Below, one piece after another: positions 28,570-42,281 of a stretch of DNA of 64,000 nt. The DNA lies in contig OZ176060.1 in assembly GCA_964247055.1 (NCBI GenBank), positions 1,116,001 through 1,180,000 of the forward strand, in the 5' to 3' direction. The notes under the pieces were generated by a model. The model was given only the letters and a program-made list of their open reading frames with translations. It was not told the DNA's origin and ran no database searches. The stretch is from Paragordius varius. Taxonomy: Eukaryota; Animalia; Nematomorpha. Position numbers and translations under genes: made by a program. Numbering within the stretch: the stretch's first letter is position 1; each line of letters begins with the position of its first letter.

Positions 28570-29430
28570 GCGACATCTTTGTGCGAAACATTTCATATGG
28601 GAGAATATTCTGGAAGAAGGATAAGATGGAATAATCTGTATAAACTTAGAAATAATAATTAAAAAATAAAAAAAATAAAAATTAAAAAAAAAATTAATTA
28701 AAAAATAATAAAAATATTTAATTATTGAAAAAACCTTATAATAAAATTATTAATATTGAAATTTAATGAAAATCAACTTTAAATTAAAAAATAAATAAAA
28801 AATAATTAAAATAAAAAAGCGACATCTTGGTGCAAAACATTTCATATAGAAGAAAAAAGTATTCTGGAAGAATTGGAATAATCTAAAAATATTTCTTGAA
28901 GAATGAAAAAAAGAATAATAATATAAAAAAAGAGTAAAAAAATATTTTAAAATAATTAAATGAAAAATAAAAATAAATGAAAAATTATGAAAATTTAATG
29001 AAAATTAGTTACTTTTTAGATAAAAAAAATAATAAAAATAAAATAAAAAAAATAAAATTAAATAAATATAATGAAAATTAATTTTTTAAAATTAAAGAAT
29101 TAATACTAACTAAAAATTAAAAGTTAAAAATATTAAAAATTAAATTATAATATAAAAAGCGACATCTTTGTGCGATACATTTCATATGGAAGAAAAAATA
29201 TTCTGGAATAGTTGGAATATCTGAAATTTCTTGAAGAATGAAAAAAAGAATAATAAAATAAAAATCAATAAAATATTATAATAAAATAAGTGAAAAATTA
29301 ATGAAAATTAGTTACTTTATAGATAAAAAAAATAATTATAAAAAAGGAAAAAAGCGACATCTTTGTGCGAAACATTTCATATGGAAGAGAATATTCTGAA
29401 AGAAAAAAAAGAAGATTTAGAATCTCTGAA
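28570..29430. repeat. Four copies of a ~50-90-bp moderately GC-rich motif separated by A-rich spacers
   Basis: 'gcgacatctttgtgcgaaacatttcatatgg(a)agaa..tattctggaa' starts at 28570, 28819, 29159 and 29354. Confidence 0.9.
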
Positions 29431-32339
29431 ATTATTTCTTGAAGAATCAAAATATAAAAAAAAATAAACAATTTAAAAAAATAATAAAATAATTAAATTA
29501 AGAATAAAAAAAAAATTGATGAATAGATTTATCTTAAAAGTGTAATTTATTATTTGTTTAAAGGAAAATGAGAATTTAAGATGGGAGAAATATTATAAAA
29601 TTATCAAAAATATTCTCGTTTTATAATAAAAAATTATTTTTTCCAAATTTTGAGCTATAATTAATATTTTAAATTTTCAAGCCTAAACTCAAATCTTGAA
29701 TATATTTAAAAAAATTAAATTTGCAGATTAAATTTGTTAATAAAAACTTTAAAATTGTTAAATATCTCAAAATTTAGTATTTTTCATATTTTTTTAGTAA
29801 AAATTTAGATTTGTAGCCATAAGATTAAATAAATTTGGTAAAAGAATGAATTTGATAGTTTTTGAATATAAATTATTTTTTTGATATTTTAATAAATAAT
29901 TTGAATATTTGTTAACAACCGATATTTCCCATATTTTAAAATTTTTATTTACTAAAAAATTCTTAGAAAAATGTGTGAAAATGTCAAAAATTTAGATTTA
30001 TTTACATTTTAAATAAATATTTGTCGAAATTTAGTGATAAAAATTTAAAAAATTTGCATTGTTAAAGGAGATTTACTTTTTTCTTTTAATATTTTTTGAG
30101 TAAAAACTCGAATCAACACTCAAAAATGAGGAAAAACTTGAAAATTTAGAGTTTTTTTAATGAAAAAAGTATTTTTTGAGTAAAATTTGTGATTTTTTAA
30201 GTAAAAAATGGATATTTTTTAGGATTTTAAGCTAAAAATAAAGTTTTTTCTAAATTTAAGCTATTTTTTTAAAATAAATAAAAAAATATAAATATTAAAA
30301 AAAATAGTATAAATTTAATTTCAATTTAATATTTAATTAAAAAAAAAATTTATTAAAAAACAGCTGACATAAAGATATTTATAGAAATATTAAAATTTAT
30401 ATTTTTTGTGCAAATTTTAAAAATAATATATTATAATAATATCAGCTGTTTTTAAAATATTTAAATAAATATTAAATTAAAATCATTTAAAGGTTATAAA
30501 AAAAATATTATTAATATTAAAATATAATTTTAAAATTAAATAAAAATAAAATAAAAAATCTAGTTTTATTAGATAAATCTTTAATTTTTAAATTACAACA
30601 AAAAATAATAACAATTTTAAAAATATAAAAATAATTTATAAATTAATATTATAGATATTTTATTAAACTTAATATTTTTTAATAATTAAAAATATTTTAT
30701 AAAAATATAAAAATAATTTTAAAAATTAAATTATAGATAGTTTATTAAACATATTTTTTAAAAATTATATTTATTTTTTAAAAAAATAAAATTTTAAAAA
30801 TAAATAATAATTTTTATTAAAATTAAAAATTACAATTATTATCTAAATTTCAAATAAATAAAAGAATATTTTTTAAATTAAGTAATTAAAGGAAAATATT
30901 TATTTTATTTAATTTGAAATTAAAAATATATATTAATTTTTATTTTTTTAATTTAAAAAAATTTGATAAAAATTTAAAAAAAAATTAATTTTTAAAATAA
31001 TAAAAAATAAATATAAAATAATAAGAAATAAAATTATCTAGAAATCATTAACCTTTTCGTTGAACTCTAAGAGTTCTACAAAAAAAACAGATGTTTAATT
31101 TTTTAATTTAATTTAATTTTTTAATTTACATAAAATTAATTAAAAATTTTTTAGATAATTTTAATATTATATTTTATCTTTAAATTATAAAATATATATT
31201 TAAATTTTAAAATTAATTTATTTTTTATTTTAATTTTAAAAAATATTTATTCTATGAAAATCCGGAAATAAACATTTTATATTAAAATAAATAAATAAAA
31301 AAATAAATAATTATTTTTATTATTTATATCAAAAATCAAAACATTTAAAATAATTAATTTATTTAAATATTATTAAAATAAAAATATTATATTTTTTGAA
31401 AATAAATAATAATAATAATATTTATATTTAAAATAATAATATATTAAATATCTTACTATTTTTTAATATATTTTATATTTTATATTTTTTTAATAATTAA
31501 ATTAAGTTCGAAAATATATTTTTCAATCAATCGATTCTGGAAAAGGTGATTTATTTTTTTTAATTTAAAAAAATTATTTTTTAAAAAAATTTTATTAAAA
31601 ACTTTCTAATAAATTTAAATATATTAAATTATTAATTTAAAATAAATTATATTATAATTTATGATTAAATTCTTATTTTTAATTAAAAATAATTTTTTAA
31701 TTTATCAATTTTTAATAATAATTTTTATAAATTTAAATTATATTAAAATTTATATTTATAATTTAATAAAAAAATTTATTTTTTTTCTAAAAAAATTTTT
31801 TTAAAATTAGTACTTAATTAAAATTTTTATATTATTAATTTATTAATTTTTTATATTTACTTTTTAGTATTAATAGTTAATAAAATTATATTATTTAAAA
31901 TATTAGAAAATATTTATTAAATTTTTAATTATATAAATAAAATATTGTATTTAAAAAAATTTTTTAAAATATTTTTATAAATAATTTATTTATAAAAAAA
32001 ATTAAGTTTATAATTTATATTTTTTTTAAAATAAATTAAAAATAATAAAATATTAATTATTCATATATTTTAAATTTATATTTAATTTTAATTTTAATAT
32101 TATATATTTAATTATTCAATGTATATATTTTTTATTTTAAATTAAATAATAGATTATTTAAAAATTAATTTTTTAAATAAAATATAAAACATATTTTAAT
32201 TTTTAAATTTTTTATATATTTTGAATTTTTTTATATTTTTTAACTATATTTTTTAATTTAAATATATATTTATAAATTTTATTTTTTATTTTAACAATTT
32301 TATTTAAATTTAATTAATTTTTTAGATTAAAATATTCAA

Positions 32340-32466
32340 AAAACGTCAACATACAAAGCTCATGCATTCATTCGCCATATGATTTAAATTTTTTGAATAT
32401 CAGCTGATTCTATCGCTAGAAAATTTTATTTTTATATAATTATAAAAAATGAAAAATAAGTTTTTA
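32340..32466 (+). promoter_or_regulatory. Candidate core promoter / 5' UTR of the collagen gene
   Basis: GC-elevated island just upstream of the start codon, with an Inr-like TCATTC at 32368 and CAGCTG at 32401. The evidence is positional only. Confidence 0.3.
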
Positions 32467-32599
32467 ATGAAAAATAAATTATTTTTAATATTTTTATATT
32501 TTTTAAATTTGTTTATTCGTCTACTGAGCGGTGAAACAATATTAACAGCTGATAAACACCTGTCACTGAAAGATGATGGACGAATGAATGAAAAGACAG
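32467..32599 (+). CDS. Collagen exon 1: signal peptide [44 protein letters not shown]
   Basis: ATG at 32467 (in-frame alternative ATG at 32449), basic plus hydrophobic N-terminus, and donor GTGATT in phase 1 matching exon 2. Confidence 0.8.
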
Positions 32600-35500
32600 G
32601 TGATTTCGAAAAATTTTAATTTCTATTTTTAATATTTTTGTATATTTTTTAATTTTTCCATTTTTATTTTTTTAATAATAATTTTGTATATTTTCTTAAT
32701 TTTTAATAAATATATAAATTTAAATTCATAGTTTCTTAGAATTTTAAAAATAATATTTTAAAAAAAGGTGATATTAATTTAAAAAATAATAAAAAATATA
32801 AAAAATAAATAATGTTTGAATAAAATTTATACAAATCAAATACAAATTAATAAAAATTAATAAAATATATTTTTATTGATTTTTATTTTTTTAAAAACTA
32901 TATAATTTTTATTTTAATTTTTTATAATATTTTACTAAATATAATTTAGAAATATAGGTAATTATCAAATTAACAATTTATATTGTATATATCTTTTCTT
33001 ATTTTATTTAGATTTTATAAATTTTACTAATTTTTTTATTATAAAAATTTTTAAATATTTTATATTAATATTTTATTTTTATTAGTTTAATAAGTAAATT
33101 TTATTTATTTAAATTTTATTTAATTTTATATTTGTTAATTTTACTATATTTTAAATTATTTAGATATTTTTTATTTTGTTAATTTTTTTTTTACTTTTTG
33201 GTTTTATATTCTTATAATATTTATGTTATGATTTTTTTATATTTTATATTTTTTATTAAATATAAAATATTTTTAAATATTTTATTTTATATTTATAATT
33301 CTTTTTTTTAACATTTTTTATATTATTTTAGATGGGATTTTCCAAGAAAATTTGCAACTTCTAGAAAATTCTACAGAAAAAATAAATCTTGTGGATTTTT
33401 TTCGCATGCAGTCATTACCAGCTGGTGTTTCAAAAACTAAAGGTTAAAAAAATTTATTTAAATATATATTATTGAATTTATTTATTATTATTTAAATAAA
33501 TTTAATTTCATAAAATATATAAAAAATAGAATCAAATTAAAAAGAAAAAAATAATATTTTCATAAATTATAATGATTTAAAATTTTATTATAAACTTTAA
33601 AATATATATTTTTAATTAAAAATATTATTTGATTAAAAATGAAAGATAAAAAAATAATAAAACTCTAAATATTTCTATATAATAGGTAAAAAAATATAAA
33701 ATATTCAATTTTATCATAAAATAAAGTATAAAAAATACATTTAATTAATCAAAAAAATTATTTTTATTACTTTTAAAAATTAAATTTTTTTATTTAGCAT
33801 AAAAAATAAAAAAAAATAAAAAAAATTAAAATTTATTTTTATAAAATTTAAATATTACATAAAATATAAACATAATTATAAACATATAAAAATTTAATAC
33901 TAAATATAATTAAATTAAAATAAAATATAAATAATAAATAGTAAATAAAGAAAAATATCAATATCTAAAAAAAAATAAATATTCTAAATTAAAAATAAAA
34001 ATATTTAAATTTTAAATATTTATATATATTATAAATAAATATAAATTTTTAAATTAATATAAAAAAAATAAAAATAATATTTTATATTATAATTTTATAT
34101 TAGATGGTTTTTGTATATCACCTGATGGAAACCCAAAAACAGCTGTTTTGTCACCAGCTGTATGGGAGAAAATAAAATCCTTTGAACCGGATATGATAAA
34201 AAGCACATATGATCCAAAATTAGCTGACGCGATTAAAAAAGTTTATTATTCACTAGAAATATAGTTTTTTTTGTATTTTCTATTAAATAATTTTTTTATT
34301 TTTCCCTTAAATTATATTTAATTTACTTAAAATTTATATTATATTTATTTATTATATTTTAAAATTCTTCTTAATTTTTAAATTTGATACAATATCAGAT
34401 GATGCTATAAAAAACTCTAATTTTATTAATATTTTTTATTTATTTTTATAATATTATTGGAAAATATATTTTTTTTATTGAAGAAATTTATTTATATTTT
34501 TAATAAATTTAATTATTTATTTAAAAAATTTTAAATTTTTTATTTTATTATTTTCTATTTTTTAATTTTTTTATTTATATTTTTTTTATTTTTTTTATTT
34601 TTAAAATTTTATAGATTTCAGAAAACTTCCAATCCTTCAATATTTCTGATAAAGTTCAATTATCTCTAAATGCCGAACAGCTGATCCCAGGTAATTAATT
34701 ATTTTTTAATTTTTTTTCAAAATAATTTAATTTAATGAACTGAAAAAAATATTATTTATTAATCAAAAAAATTAATTTAAATAAGTTTAAATAGTTATAT
34801 TTTTTTTTATTTAGATTAAAATATATTAAATTATTTTATTTATAAAATTAAAAAAAAAGATTATTTATAAAATAGTATTTTTGTTATATTTATAAAACAT
34901 TTATATACAAAAAATATTTTTCCATATTTAAAAATATTATTTTGTACTTTGTTTTTTTTATTATTTATTTTTGTTTAAAATATATATTTTAATTAATTTT
35001 TTCATAGAAAATAATTTTATTTTTATATAAATATAAAAAATATATATTTCATTTGATTAAAAATATTGAACCTATTTTTAGCTTATGTTCATTAATATTA
35101 AAAAATATTGAAATTATTGAAAATAATTTTTTTATAAAAAATATTTATTAATTATTTTATGATATACTTTAAAATTAAATATTTTTGAATTAAATTTTAA
35201 GTATTTATATTAATATATAATAATAATTTAATTATTTTTTGTTTAATTTTTAAAATATTTTAAAAACTAAATACTTTTTTATTATTCTATAATATTCAAG
35301 TTAATTATTATTAAAATTTAAATTAATAAATAATTATATTAATTAATAATAAATTTTAATTAATTTTTAAATTATTTTTAAAATGTTTATTCTTAAAGTT
35401 AATTTTTAATATTTTAATATATTAATAAATTCTAATTCATATTAATATTTTATATATATTTATTTAATTTTTGTATTATTTGTATATAAACAAAAAATAT

Positions 35501-37055
35501 TTTATATATATAAAAAAATCATATTTTTATATATTTTTAATTTAAAAATTTAGTTTTCCCAAAAGACTTTACAATATCAATTTCTTTTCTGATTGAAAAT
35601 GCAGAAGAAACAGCTGATCTGGAAAAGTATATATATTGAATTATTTATTTTTATAAAAAATTTTTTTTTATTAATAAATTTTTTATGTAATATTATATTT
35701 TATATAATAATATATCTTATTTTTTTTGATTATATAATATTATTTTATTATTAATTATTAATATTTATTAATTCTTTTTTGGTTTTATTTTAAAAAATAT
35801 TTAAAGAAATTAAAAAATATTTAAATAGAGAAATTCTATAAATATTATTTATAAATTATATTTATCAATTGTTAATTGTTAAAATTTTGAAAAAAATAAA
35901 AAAATAATAATTTATTTGTTTAATATTTTTTTAAGGAAATCAGCTGATACGGATCAGTTAATGTCAATCATAACTCTTTATGATTCAAATGATGACGTCA
36001 GCCTCGCTATAAAATTAGCGCCAGCTGATGGCGCCATAATAATGGTCATGAAAACAGCTGATAATAAAACAACAGCAGATGGATTTAGGAATGTAACAAA
36101 ACAGCTGACGGAAGATGAAGAAGGAAAATCAGCTGATGTGCCAGAAACTTTTGTGACGTTAAAATTTACAGATGGCTTACCTGTTTTTAATGATAAAAAG
36201 TTTAAATTTTTATTATATTTTTATTTTCTTTTATTTTATTTTTTTTATTTTTGGATTTTTTATTTTTTTTAATTTTTTGGATTTTTAGTTTAACTATAAA
36301 GTGTTAAACAATATTAATTATATTAATTAAAATTTTTTAGATTAAAACATTATTATTTTAAAAATACAAATATATATAAAATAATTTTTTTGAAAATTAT
36401 TAATCATTAAAAAAAATATTATTAATATATTTAAAATATTATTTTAAAAATTTTATATATAAAAAATATTTTTTTCAACAATATTTATTTTTATTTCAAA
36501 AACTATTGCACGTGGCGCCAAAAAACAGATGGCACACGGTTTCATTTACCATGGATTCATCTAACCAGCTAATGACACTATTATTTGATTGCAAACAGCT
36601 GATCACCCAAAACTTACCATCTGATCAGCATGCATTGATTGAAACAGCTGATAGTATTTTAGTTTTTGGCCTGCCCTATTATGAAAATAGCCCATTTAAA
36701 GTTATTTTTTTTATATTAAATTTATTTTTAAAAATTTTTTTTATGATATTAATATTTTAAAAAATATTTTTTTATAATATATTTTATTTTTTAAAATTAA
36801 AATTAATAAATATTTTATATTTTTAATATTGATACTATGAAATTTATTTTAAAATATTATTATATTTTTTTTAAAAAATATTTAGAATTTTATATTCAAA
36901 AAAAATTTCATTTTTATATTTTTGATCAAAAATATTTAGCAATTGAAAAATTTTTTTTTGAATATATTTTATTATTTTTTTCAAATATTTTAATTTAAAA
37001 AATTTTTTTATTTATTTAATATTATGTTAAATATATAATATTTTTTTTTATAAAA

Positions 37056-37118
<63 letters not shown>

Positions 37119-40100
37119 ATACTTAAAAAATAAAAAAATTAGGGTCGAATTCAACATATGTTTTTGGAAACGGGAAAAACCGCAAAAAGTGCAGCAACTG
37201 ATTTTTGTAAATCACCTGATATCAGCTGTGAGACTTTAGAAGATCTACAAAATATAATTTTAATGGTATTATTAATTTTGTATTTTAATTTTTATTTTAA
37301 AATTTTTTTTTTATAAATAATTATTTTTTTAATAAATATTTAAATTATTTTTTATTTTATATATTATTTAAATATACTATAATTTTTATTTTTTAAAAAA
37401 TAGATAATTTTTATTATTTATTTTAATATTTCATAAATATTTTAAATTCTTGAATTTTAAAAATTTTATAAAATCTCATTAAATATATACACTTATCAAT
37501 ATATATTTTAAAAAATTTAATAATCAGTTGATAGTAATAAATCAAGTTAAAATTTAAATTTTTTAAATTCATTTAATTATATGTATAAAATTATTACATT
37601 TTGAATTTTATAAAAAAAATTTTTATTTAATTAATATATTTATATATTAGCTGATATATTGGGATATTTTAATAAATAATTTTTATTTAATATTTTTTTA
37701 TAAAAATTTAATAATTTTGTATTTATAAATTATTATATATATTTAATAATAAATGATTTTTTTTAAAAACTATTTATTTCAAAATTAATTTTTATTTTTT
37801 TTTTAAATTTTTTAACCGAAGTTTTACATAAATTTTCATATATATATTTATTTGAATCGATTTTTAAATTTATTATTTCAAATTTAGCAGAAATTAATTT
37901 AATAAATTTATATATTTTTTGTTTTTAATTTTTTAAAAAAATTTAATTAAAATAAATTAAATTAAATAATTTTTACAGCCAAATAATAATTTAACAACAA
38001 ATCAAGACGAGGAGAAGGAAACGATAAAAGATAAAAAATTTGACAATCAGCTGAGAGGCATGAGACCATATGATAAAATAGGAGCAGATGCCATTCATTC
38101 ATCCGATCACATGTTTTTGAATGATGCAGATCAGCTGATATATTCTTCAGGAGCACAAAAACGCCAAAGTCCAGAAATGTATAATATGGAAAATCGGTAA
38201 AATTAAAATTAATTTTTTTTTAAATAAAATTTTAATTATTATTTTTTAAAATAAAATAAATTATTTTAATAAATATTAAAAAATAAATTATTTTAATTAA
38301 ATAAATTAATAATTAAATTTTTTATAATAAAAAAATATTTTTTTTATATATTTTTCAAAATTACTATGCAAAAAATGATAATTTTTTAAAAATATTTTAA
38401 ATAAAAATTTTATTTTTTTTAAAAAAATATATTTTTTTAATTTATAAAACGTATTTAAAATAATAACATTTTATTTTTTAATAAATTTTAAAATATAATT
38501 ATTTTTTTAAAAATTTTTATTATTTTTAAATTATATTTTATTTAATTATTTTTTTGAATTTTTGTATTTTTTATATATATTTATTTATTTTTTATTATTT
38601 TTAATTTTTTAAATATTTTTGTTTATTTAATTTTATATTTTATTTTTATTTAAATATTAATTTTTTAGTAAATTAAATTTTATTTTTATTAATTATTCTA
38701 TTTTTAATATATTTTTAAAATAATATTAAATTTTTTTTTAAATATTAATTTATTTTTATTTTAGATATCGAGATAGATATATATTAACGAACCCCGATGG
38801 TTTATATAGACAAGCTGCCCAACGTATAAATATAAATTATTTTATTATTTAATAATATTATTTAAAAAAATAAAATATTTTTTATTTAAAAATAAAATTT
38901 TTTATAAAAATATATCTTTAAAATAGAATTTTACAATAATGATATTATTTTATAATAAATATAATTTATAATATATAATTTTACAAAAAAATATTCTAAT
39001 TAAATATATTTTATTTGAAATATATTAAAATTATATATTTATTTAATATATTAAAAATATTATTTTATAAAAAAATTAGTAAAATTATTTTTTTCATAAA
39101 AAAATTAGTTTTTAATTTTAATATTAATAAAAATACATATTATAAATATTAATATTAAATTAGTATAAATTTATTTTTATTTATTATTTTTTAAACTATA
39201 TATTTTTTAATATTTCAATAAAAATTAATAATTTTTAAAATATTTATTTATAACAATAATATTAAATTTTTTAATGAAATATCGCCGAAAATATTATAAT
39301 GATTATTATATATTTTTTATTAATTTTTATATATTTTCCTATATTTTATTTTTTGAATATTTTAAAAACTTTTGTGTGAAAATTTTCAGATTTAAAAAAT
39401 TATTTTTTAAAACTAAATATTTTTTTCAATATTTTTTTTAAATTTTTATTTATAAATTTTCAATATTAATTTTTTTCAATTTTATATTAAAATTTTTATT
39501 TTTTTTATTTTTTTTTATTTTTTTATTTATATTTTTTTGATATTATAGAAATTTTTGTGGGAAAATCTTCAAATTTGGATAATTCCACATTAGAAAATAT
39601 TCCTTCACCAGAAATTTTGCCGACAAATAAATCAGGTTTTATAAAAAATATTTTTGATTAAATCTTTATTAAAATAATATTTTATAATTTATAAATTATT
39701 TAAAATATTAAATTTAAATTAAAATAGTTAATAAAAAATATTAAAATATTTAATGATATTTAAATATTTTTTAAAAATTATATATTCTTTAAAAATATTT
39801 TTAATATTAAAAATATTTTAATTAAGTAAATATTAATAAATAATTAAGAAAATTTAATTTATTTTAAATTTTTATCTTTAAAATTAAAATATTTAAATTA
39901 TTTAATATAATAAATAATTATTTAATTATAATTATATTAATTATATTATTAATGTATTGCTTAAATTTATTTAAATTTATAAATTAAATAATATATTTTT
40001 AAAAAAATTTCAATATTTTATTATATTTAAAGTATAATTTAAAAATTAAATAATTAAAAAAAAATAAGAATTTTAAATTTTTATCAAAAATTTTTTATTT

Positions 40101-42239
40101 AAAATATTTGAATTAAATTTAAAATAATTGATTATATTTAAATTATGTTAATTTAATTTTATATATTTTTTAAAGATTTTGAATAAAAATATTTATTCAA
40201 ATTATTTTGTTCAATTTTTAATTTTTTTATATTTTTTAGTTTTATCATACTTGGAACAAGAAATTAGTCAGGTATATAATTATTTTTTTTATAATATAAA
40301 ATAAATAAATTTATATAAATTAATAAAATATTTTTTTATGATAAATTTTAAAAATTTTTTATCTTTTTTATTAAAACTAAAAATTAATAAACAGTCAGAA
40401 GAAAAAAAATAAAATATTTCAAAAAGTTTATTTCATAATTTATTTTTTAAAATTATTTTTGTATTTTATTAATAATTTATTATAATAAAAAAATTAAAAA
40501 AAAATAAAAAATTTTTTATTGATAATTTATTTAATTTATTATTCATCTAAATATATATATATATATATATATATTAATTAAAAAAAATAAAACAATTAGA
40601 AAAATTATTTTTTTAATTTTTTAGTGTCCGGCCACAGTTCGAGGCCCAGCTGGCCCGCGAGGACCCCAAGGCCCAAAGGGAGAACAGGTGGTTTTAATTT
40701 TTGAAAAATAATATATTTTTAATAATTTTAAAAAATTAAAATTTTATAAAATCTAATTTTTAGAATTTTTTAATAATTTATATTAAATTTTAGATATTTT
40801 TTACAATTTCTATATTTAAAATAAAAAAATATAATTTTACTTTACAAATCTTATAAAAATAATTTATATATTTTTTCCTTTATCTATTAATTTTCATAAT
40901 CAAATAATTATTTAGATAAAAGTTAATTTATTTATTTATATTTTAAATTATAAAAAAATATTTAATATACTTTGAATAAATCTATGATAAAATGATAAAA
41001 TTTCATTTAATTTTCATTATAATATTAAATTAATTTTTTTTAATATATATGTTTTATATTTTTTTTAATTTTTATTTTTTAATATTTAGTTATTTATAAT
41101 TTTTTCAATCAAATATTTTTAAAAACATTAATTATTTATTTATTTAAATAATTTTTTAAAATATATAATTTATTTATTTTTTATTTTTTTATAATTTTAG
41201 GGCGAAAGAGGACGTGATGGGCTAGATGGGGCAAAAGGGGCACAGGGCGCTCCTGGTCACGTGTTTATGATTCCAGTAAAAATTTAAAAATAATAAATTA
41301 AAAAAAAAATTTATTTAAATTTTAAAATATAAAAAAAAATTATTTAATTAATTCATTTTTTAATTTTAAATTTTAAAATTTTATAATAATTTTATAATAT
41401 TTTAAAAATATTTTGAAATATAAAATTTATAAAATTATTTATAATTTAATACCTATAAATATAATTTTAATTTATAAAATTAAATTTTCAAATATAATTT
41501 GATTATTAATTATTTTAATTTAAAATTACAATTTTTAAAAAAAATAAAATATTTATATATTTACTTAAAAAATATTTAAAATGAAATATTTATATATTTA
41601 AAAAATAGATTTTTTATAAAAATATATATAATATAAAATAATATTTTTTTTAATTTTATTAAGAATAAATTATATATTATAAATAAAAAATAATTATTAA
41701 TTTAAAAAAATATGTTATATATATATAATATTTTTTTAATTAATTTTATTTTTAATAAAATACATAATTTTTTAGATAAATTATTTATTAAAAATTATTT
41801 TTTTAGTTAAGAAGAGCTGGAGATACTAAAGGGCCAGGTGTGGAAGCGGAAATTTATCGACAGATGTTACAACAACATATGGTGCGGTTTTTTACAATCA
41901 TCTGATTATTTAATTATTCATTTTTTAATATATGCTTTAAATTATTTTATTTATTTTATAAAAACTAAGATTCTAAATTCTAAATATTTTATAATAGATA
42001 TTTTTATAAATAATTTTTTATTAGTTATCATTATTATTTAGTTTTTTTCTTTTTATATTTACTATAATACGAAAAAATATCTAATTTTTTTTATTTCTTA
42101 TTTTAAAAATTTTATTTTAAATCAATGTTTAATAAAATTTTTATAAATTATTAATAACTATTTTTATAAAAATTATATAATTAATTATTTTAATTTCAAA
42201 AAATTAATAGACAAATGTTTCAATGGTTCTTTCAGTTGA

Positions 42240-42281
<42 letters not shown>

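Noticed and set aside
1-29430. CRISPR-like interpretation of the palindromic array or of the four-copy motif at 28570-29430
   Set aside because: The 'spacers' are homologous or identical to each other and far too long or irregular, there are no cas genes, and the context is eukaryotic.
31066-31086. Small hairpin gaactc-taa-gagttc as a terminator
   Set aside because: A 6-bp stem is expected by chance, and intrinsic terminators are not relevant in this eukaryotic context.
36497-36528. Longer exon 7 using a non-canonical acceptor (tttcaa)
   Set aside because: The canonical AG at 36527-36528 gives the expected FNDKKWH motif in the correct phase.
37649-37680. Possible extra exon at ttag|ctgatatattggg
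   Set aside because: No donor before a stop codon, and exons 8 and 9 already join in phase.
37962-38156. Minus-strand 64-aa ORF
   Set aside because: It is the antisense shadow of collagen exon 9.
41838-42041. Plus-strand 67-aa [13 protein letters not shown]...
   Set aside because: It is the wrong frame of exon 15 running into the intron.
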